64,000 nucleotides of DNA from Arenicellales bacterium (GTDB lineage: Bacteria; Pseudomonadota; Gammaproteobacteria; Arenicellales; JAHEKD01). Below, piece after piece: positions 59,149 to 64,000 of the stretch (position 1 is its first letter; each line of letters opens with the position of its first letter). The position numbers and the translations under genes are program-made. The stretch lies in the NCBI GenBank assembly GCA_965204695.1, contig OZ242007.1, forward strand, positions 3,047,701 through 3,111,700. The letters are read 5' to 3'. A model generated the notes under the pieces. It saw nothing but the letters and a program-made list of their open reading frames with translations. It had not been told where the DNA came from and ran no database searches.

Positions 59149-60141
59149 TCAGGCACACAGTTTTAGGTTTTCGCACCTCCTTTGGTTTAACGTTTGTTGT
59201 TTAATAACGGCTCGCTCATCGATGATTTGCTGATATCGACCATAATACATATCCGCCGGTGTCACATTGTCTAACGACTCATGATAGCGTTCGTGGTTGT
59301 AATGATGAACAAACTGTTCAATGGCTTGTTCGAGTTCGCCAGGCAGATAATAATGCTCAAGTTTGACGACGTTTTTCATTGACCGATGATAGCGTTCAAT
59401 TTTACCCTGAGTCATCGGATGGTACGGTGTTCCACGAGTATGCGTCATCTGATGATAAGCCAGGTAATCTTTCAGCTCACCGGATAGATACGCCGGGCCA
59501 TTATCACTGAGTAGCCGTGGTCGGTGTTTAACAGGCACATTTGTCACACCCGTTACAGCAATCGCTTGATCCAGGGTGTCTTTGACATCACCCGCGCCCA
59601 TGGTACTAGTGAGCATCCAGCTCAGAATAAACCGTGAATAATCATCCAGTACGGTAGACAGATAATACCAACCCCAGCCGATGATTTTGAAATAGGTAAA
59701 ATCAGTCTGCCATAATTCATTGATTCGCTTGGTTGGCGTATGGAAGGTATCACTGGCCGATAGCAGAATATAGGCCGGTGAGGTAATCAGGTCATGGGCC
59801 TTCAAAATACGGTAAACACTGGACTCAGAGATAAAGTACCTGTGTTCATCGGTAATTTGCCAGGCCAGTTCACGAGGTGATTTCTCCGGGTACTGAAGTG
59901 CAATCTCGAGACATTGCTCTTTGACTGATTCGGGGAGTTTGTTCCAGAACCGTTGGGGAGATTTACAATGACTTTCCAATGCATCAGGGCCACCCATTTG
60001 ATAGAGTTGATACCAACGGTAAAAACTGCTGCGAGCAATACCCAGTTCCGCTAATGTCCTACTCACGGGAAGTTCACTGGCTTCAACTATATGGATAATT
60101 TCCACTTTTTCAGCCGCCGACAAACTCATTCGTCGTCCCAC
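59149..60141 (-). CDS. IS3-like transposase OrfB (rve integrase core)
   Basis: WQTDFTYFKI...LSTVLDDYSR...LLSDNGPAYLS...HPMTQGKIERYH forms the DDE motif set. Confidence 0.85.
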   Translation of the reverse strand: MGRRMSLSAAEKVEIIHIVEASELPVSRTLAELGIARSSFYRWYQLYQMGGPDALESHCKSPQRFWNKLPESVKEQCLEIALQYPEKSPRELAWQITDEHRYFISESSVYRILKAHDLITSPAYILLSASDTFHTPTKRINELWQTDFTYFKIIGWGWYYLSTVLDDYSRFILSWMLTSTMGAGDVKDTLDQAIAVTGVTNVPVKHRPRLLSDNGPAYLSGELKDYLAYHQMTHTRGTPYHPMTQGKIERYHRSMKNVVKLEHYYLPGELEQAIEQFVHHYNHERYHESLDNVTPADMYYGRYQQIIDERAVIKQQTLNQRRCENLKLCA

Positions 60142-60488
60142 GTCGAGTCCAAGCCAAGCACACTTTTTTTAAGCACCGTATTCTTCAAAACAACATCGGC
60201 CAGTGCATGTTTTAGCTGATTGTTTTCTTTGCGAAGTTCAGTCACTTCCTCTGAATTGGCTTCACGCTTAATATCACCGGCCAAACGTTGTTTCCCGGCT
60301 TCAAGAAAGTCTTTGCTCCAACGGTAATACGTATTCTGATTGATCCCTTCCCGGCGGCATAACTCGGCAATACTATCCTCACCTCGAAGACCGTCTAATA
60401 CAATCCGAATCTTTTCATCGGCTGAATATTTATGACGGGTGTTGCGTTTAATTGCTTTAACTAATTTCTCTGAGTTATATTTACTCAT
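60126..60488 (-). CDS. IS3-like transposase OrfA (HTH)
   Basis: SIAELCRREGINQNTYYRWSKDF is an HTH followed by a coiled-coil. AAAAAAAG lies near the 3' end for -1 frameshifting into orfB. Confidence 0.85.
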   Translation of the reverse strand: MSKYNSEKLVKAIKRNTRHKYSADEKIRIVLDGLRGEDSIAELCRREGINQNTYYRWSKDFLEAGKQRLAGDIKREANSEEVTELRKENNQLKHALADVVLKNTVLKKSVLGLDSTWDDE

Positions 60489-61057
60489 CTTAAGACTCCT
60501 ATAAATTACTATTAAATTAACAGAAGTCTCTCTTGTTCAGAACATCAACTTTGTCTCATATCCTCTGACGGGATACACAGAAAAACTATAGAGCTAATAG
60601 CGTACCGATAAAATGGAACCAAAGAGGAGGCTACACCCGCTTCTGTCAGGCTTTTTGCAAAAAATGGAACCAGCCCGAAGCCAACGCAAGAGATGAGCAC
60701 CATTATTGTGGGTAGAACAAGATTTGAATGATGAATAGACAATCTATTGGTATACGTTGTAATAGAATTACTCATCGCAATTTCCTTTGATTGTCTGTGT
60801 AATTATGTCTAATTTACATTAAGTTATTTTGGATGTCGCATTAGAAGAACTAAGGAATAGCAAAAGCTTTTATTGAATCAGAAATTGGCTACAGTAAAGC
60901 TAGGTCCTAACCTGCATCACTAATGATGTATTCCCTAAGTACTGAATTTAAATGGTCGGGTTTTTCTCTATAGACAATTATTCATGCGATGAGATAATTT
61001 TTGAGATCTTGAACAAGCTTCCTATATCGATAGGAATTAAGGTCAAGGTAGTTGGTA

Positions 61058-61801
61058 TTAGAATGTTTTATAGTCCGGTGCTTTCTGGTCGATCAGCCGG
61101 ATAATGGCCTCCCATTCGACTCTACGATTGGGCTGTGCTTCCGGTTCACCCCAGTGATGGGTATGCAGCACTACCTCTATCGGTGGCTGCACCGTTTTCT
61201 AGCCTGATGTGAGGATATCAACTTGAACCTTACAGGCATTCTCGAGGGTGTAAAGATAATAAAAACACTCTCCCGCATCACGGCCCACCGTCATTAGACC
61301 GTGATTGTGCATGATCATGGCGTACTTGTCCCCAAGATCTGCGCCCAGCTTTTTACACTCATTTTTCGAAGAGGTTGCATCGTCATAGTGATGGTAAGTG
61401 ATCTGCGATCCGATCTCGTTGGCCTGCTGGCTGAGCGGCAGCAGCCCGCATTCCATGGCCGATACAGCGATGCCTGCACGTGTGTGACTGTGAGCGACGA
61501 AGTTGATTTCGGGACGGTGTTCGAGGACCGCTGAATGGATTTCGTGACCCGCGTCGTTGAAGGGATAGTCCCCCGATACAACTTTGCCCTCCAATGTCAC
61601 TTTGATCAAATTGCCCGCCGTCACTTCGTGAAACAATAGCCCATAAGGATTAATGAGATAGTTGTTCGGCTCTCCCGGTACCCGTGCTGAAATGTGGGTG
61701 TAGATAAAATCAGTCCAGCCAAAATGGACGAAACAGCGGTAGAGCCGCGCCAGATCAAGACGTGCTTGCCGTTCGCCTTCATTCATCGTGAGATTGGTCA
61801 T
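61058..61801 (-). pseudogene. Class II aldolase/adducin-family protein with an in-frame TAG
   Basis: The start is MTNLTMNEGERQARLDLARLYR (GAGGAAAAG upstream). The family motif is HSHTRAGIAVSA. TAG at 61199-61201 is followed by 46 more in-frame sense codons (KTVQPPIEVV...EWEAIIRLIDQKAPDYKTF), ending at the TAA at 61058. Confidence 0.65.
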
Positions 61802-61832
61802 AATCTTCTTTTCCTCGGTTTGTGCGGGCCGG

Positions 61833-62873
61833 TTAGGTCGCGAGATAAACAAAATGCTTGCGCGAACCACAATAGTGCATCCGGCCATGCTGAAACAGAT
61901 GGTTGTTGAGTAGAATGACATCACCGGGTTCCATCTTCAGCACTTCCGTGGTTCGCCAGATGGCACCTCGAATTTGCAGGATAGTCTCTTTCGGAATAGG
62001 CTCACCATCACCGAAAGTGGTATTGCCTTGAATTTCATCCGCCTTCAAGCCGTAGTCCCAATAGACCTCATTGTCTTCCCAATAAGAAGAATGCATTTCA
62101 GACATCTGGTTAAACCAGACCTCTTGTCCCTTGTAATTCTGGAAGACCGGCGCTCGGTGCCAAGTGGTCATCGATCCATTCGGCCCCCATTTGAAGTTGA
62201 TGTTATGCGTGGCGAGGTAGACTTCAGCCTCGTACTTATTTGTCACACCGAGTGATTGCTTCCAACCAATGACCTGCTCAGTATTCTCCTCAGGGTACCA
62301 ACGATAGTAGCGGATATCTCGCTCACGGGCCTCTTCAACGATCGCCGGGCCAAGCTCAGCAGGGGTACGCCGGTTGTCATTGATCGGAACTTCGCCACCG
62401 ACCTCTGCAGCCTCATGGCAGTAGAACATGATATAGGTCGGTCCACCGGGCATGTAGGCCATTTCATTATGCGGTGAGAGTGTGATTTCCGGCGGCTCAA
62501 AGCTAGCCACATTGACATTGTCGGGTTGCTTATCACGGATCGAATTTCCCCCAGTATAGTCATGCGGTGTCAGGCCGAGCCCCCCCGTGAATATACTAAA
62601 ATCATCGCGGGATCGGATTGGTAAACCCTTAAAGAGTATCGCTGGATGAGCGTCAATCTCCCGCCGGATAAGATCTGCTGCGCTTTCGGACAAAGCTTCA
62701 ATGCTGTAATCCGGCCGATCTGGTCTCACACGATACAGCCTGTCCCCAATATGCGGAATGGTTTCCGGGAACGCTGGATGATCGGAATTCGCTAACCCCC
62801 TGATCCCGCGAATATAGACGGGAGGGAGAGATGTCGCGTTTGATTCAGTTAAATGCCAGGATAAACTCGTCAT
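61833..62873 (-). CDS. TauD/TfdA-family Fe(II)/2-oxoglutarate dioxygenase-like protein
   Basis: The HNE facial-triad motif (LSPHNEMAY) and a distal His/Arg (FQHGRMHY) are present. The probable start is MTSLSWHL, with AAGGA upstream. Confidence 0.65.
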   Translation of the reverse strand: MTSLSWHLTESNATSLPPVYIRGIRGLANSDHPAFPETIPHIGDRLYRVRPDRPDYSIEALSESAADLIRREIDAHPAILFKGLPIRSRDDFSIFTGGLGLTPHDYTGGNSIRDKQPDNVNVASFEPPEITLSPHNEMAYMPGGPTYIMFYCHEAAEVGGEVPINDNRRTPAELGPAIVEEARERDIRYYRWYPEENTEQVIGWKQSLGVTNKYEAEVYLATHNINFKWGPNGSMTTWHRAPVFQNYKGQEVWFNQMSEMHSSYWEDNEVYWDYGLKADEIQGNTTFGDGEPIPKETILQIRGAIWRTTEVLKMEPGDVILLNNHLFQHGRMHYCGSRKHFVYLAT

Positions 62874-63061
62874 TATGTCGTCCTTTAGTCTGCACAAAGG
62901 AATTGATTGTGTGAAACAACCCCACAGTTGGCTCAATAAGTTACTCAATATTATCAGATTGGTGATTAAGTATAGTGTGCTCATTTCCCAACTGTTGTTG
63001 AGAATTAGTCAATCTAACGTTGAGAAGCTTTAAGTGATCGAGCAAGGCAATTTTGGAAATT

Positions 63062-63661
63062 CTACCAATAACCCTGTTGCTTTATTTCATCGCCTGCCTT
63101 TATGATGGACTCTCCTAAAGTTTTAACAATGAAATCACAATCCCTTTCGTTCAAGATCAACGGCGGAGACAAGATGTTACAGTTGCCAATTGAGCGCACA
63201 ATTAATCCCAGCTTTTCTGCTTCGTTAGACACGCGCTTGCCGATATCCAGTTCATCTGGAAAGGATTCTTTAGTGTGCTTGTTTTTAACGGATTCAACAC
63301 AAGCCATGAAATATGATCCCCGGACATCAAAGGTGTTCGCAAAATTACATTGCATTACCTGATTCGCAATTGCATCGGCCATTTCTTGTCGTCCAGTCCC
63401 GATATTGGTGCACTACATACCACCAACTGAATCGAGATAACGTTTTCCGTTTGAATCCCAGATATAAGCTCCTTCAGCTTTTTCTATTGGTAGAGCACCA
63501 TCCTCATTGATACTGTCAAACAAATGATAAGGATGCACATAATGACGGCGATCCATATCGATAATAGTCTGAGTATCGACTACACCAGACATTAAACTGC
63601 TAATCGTGCTAGTCATTAATTTATCTTTAGTTTGAGTTGCCACCTTGGTTTCTTTATTCAC
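63062..63661 (-). pseudogene. Class-III (omega) aminotransferase with an internal ~250-codon deletion and an in-frame TAG
   Basis: The N-terminal DRRHYVHPY...AEGAYIWDSNGKRYLDSVGGM*CTNIGTGRQEMADAIANQ (TAG at 63413-63415 where Trp is expected) joins directly near ~63325 to the C-terminal ..VRGSYFMACVESVKNKHTKESF..GLIVRSIGN..SPPLIL. Confidence 0.8.
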
Positions 63662-63880
63662 GGTTGAATACCTTTCAATATATCGTTTTCAATATGAATA
63701 TTATTCAAATTTAGAGTACGTTTGAATACCACAAACGGGGTAGGTAATGACAGGCTTGACCTGGATGTTAAACAGCGTGCAAAAATGGACAGTTTCGGGG
63801 GTGATCAGCGTGTAAAACTGAACACCATACTATTAACTGTCTCGGAGTTAAGAATCCGAGGAAACTGTCAGGTGATCTGC

Positions 63881-64000
63881 ATGCATATCTGTACCAAGAT
63901 ACGACGAATGTGTTTAGTCGACGGCCGCAATGTCAGCGAAGTGGCCCGTGAATTTAATGTATCGCGCACGACCGTATATAAATATTTAAATGAATCCAAC
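63881..64000 (+). CDS. istA: IS21-family transposase IstA, N-terminal HTH (partial; runs off the window)
   Basis: MHICTKIRRMCLVDGRNVSEVAREFNVSRTTVYKYLNESN. Upstream there are TGTCAGG/ACAGTTTC repeat motifs and a CTCGGA..TCCGAG hairpin (63841-63860). The IS left boundary is not resolved. Confidence 0.6.
   Translation, partial: MHICTKIRRMCLVDGRNVSEVAREFNVSRTTVYKYLNESN

Larger units (their letters stand above)
59072..60577 (-). mobile_element. IS3-like insertion sequence (1506 bp) with a 9-bp target duplication
   Basis: The IRs are TGTATGTCGTCAGATGATTTGGGACA and the reverse complement TGTATCCCGTCAGAGGATATGAGACA. The flanking direct repeat CAGAAAAAC lies at 59063-59071 and 60578-60586. orfA and orfB overlap, with an A7G slippery run at 60164-60170. 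Confidence 0.85.
58337..60775 (-). pseudogene. EamA/DMT-family transporter gene split by an IS insertion
   Basis: The N-terminal 66 codons are 60775-60578 and the C-terminal 241 codons are 59062-58337. Removing the IS and one copy of the 9-bp duplication restores an in-frame 307-codon ORF (..SSIVFLPFLIIAKN..). Confidence 0.85.

Overview
This 64-kb, AT-leaning segment looks like chromosome from a Gram-negative, proteobacterial-type bacterium; that taxonomy is inferred from gene content only. It is dominated by accessory, mobile and decaying DNA.

Left to right:
1. An amidase gene.
2. A 6.4-kb gene for a 2147-aa secreted multidomain protein. It is bracketed by two ~165-bp direct repeats, each carrying the 3' half of an elongator tRNA-Met.
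3. A chromosomal-type integron: a frameshifted intI, an attI site and at least 5 cassettes whose attC core sites obey the circular-cassette rule. One attC is hit by an IS110-family element. The array is cut off by an IS407-like IS3 remnant.
4. A block of small unknown genes plus a TetR regulator.
5. A patch of gene fragments: an outer-membrane-barrel tail, a permease N-terminus and a Tn3 transposase tail with its terminal inverted repeat.
6. A RES/Xre toxin-antitoxin pair.
7. An OmpR/histidine-kinase pair followed by mipA and an RND efflux operon. The pump gene carries an in-frame TAA and is deletion-fused to mlaA.
8. An MFS transporter, an IS982 and an EamA transporter.
9. A 4.2-kb IS66-family unit with a perfect 8-bp target duplication that carries a membrane glycosyltransferase-like passenger gene.
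10. A ~17-kb purine/urate catabolic island: xdhAB, a tandem-domain HIU hydrolase, a GntR regulator, a BMP-type ABC transporter, a racemase, puuD, puuE and a ureidoglycine aminohydrolase.
11. A decayed tail: an ATPase pseudogene, an EamA gene split by an IS3-like element, an aldolase with an in-frame TAG, an intact TauD-like dioxygenase, an internally deleted aminotransferase and the start of an IS21-like element.

I saw no rRNA, intact tRNA or CRISPR array. All functional calls rest on motif recognition by eye, with no database search.
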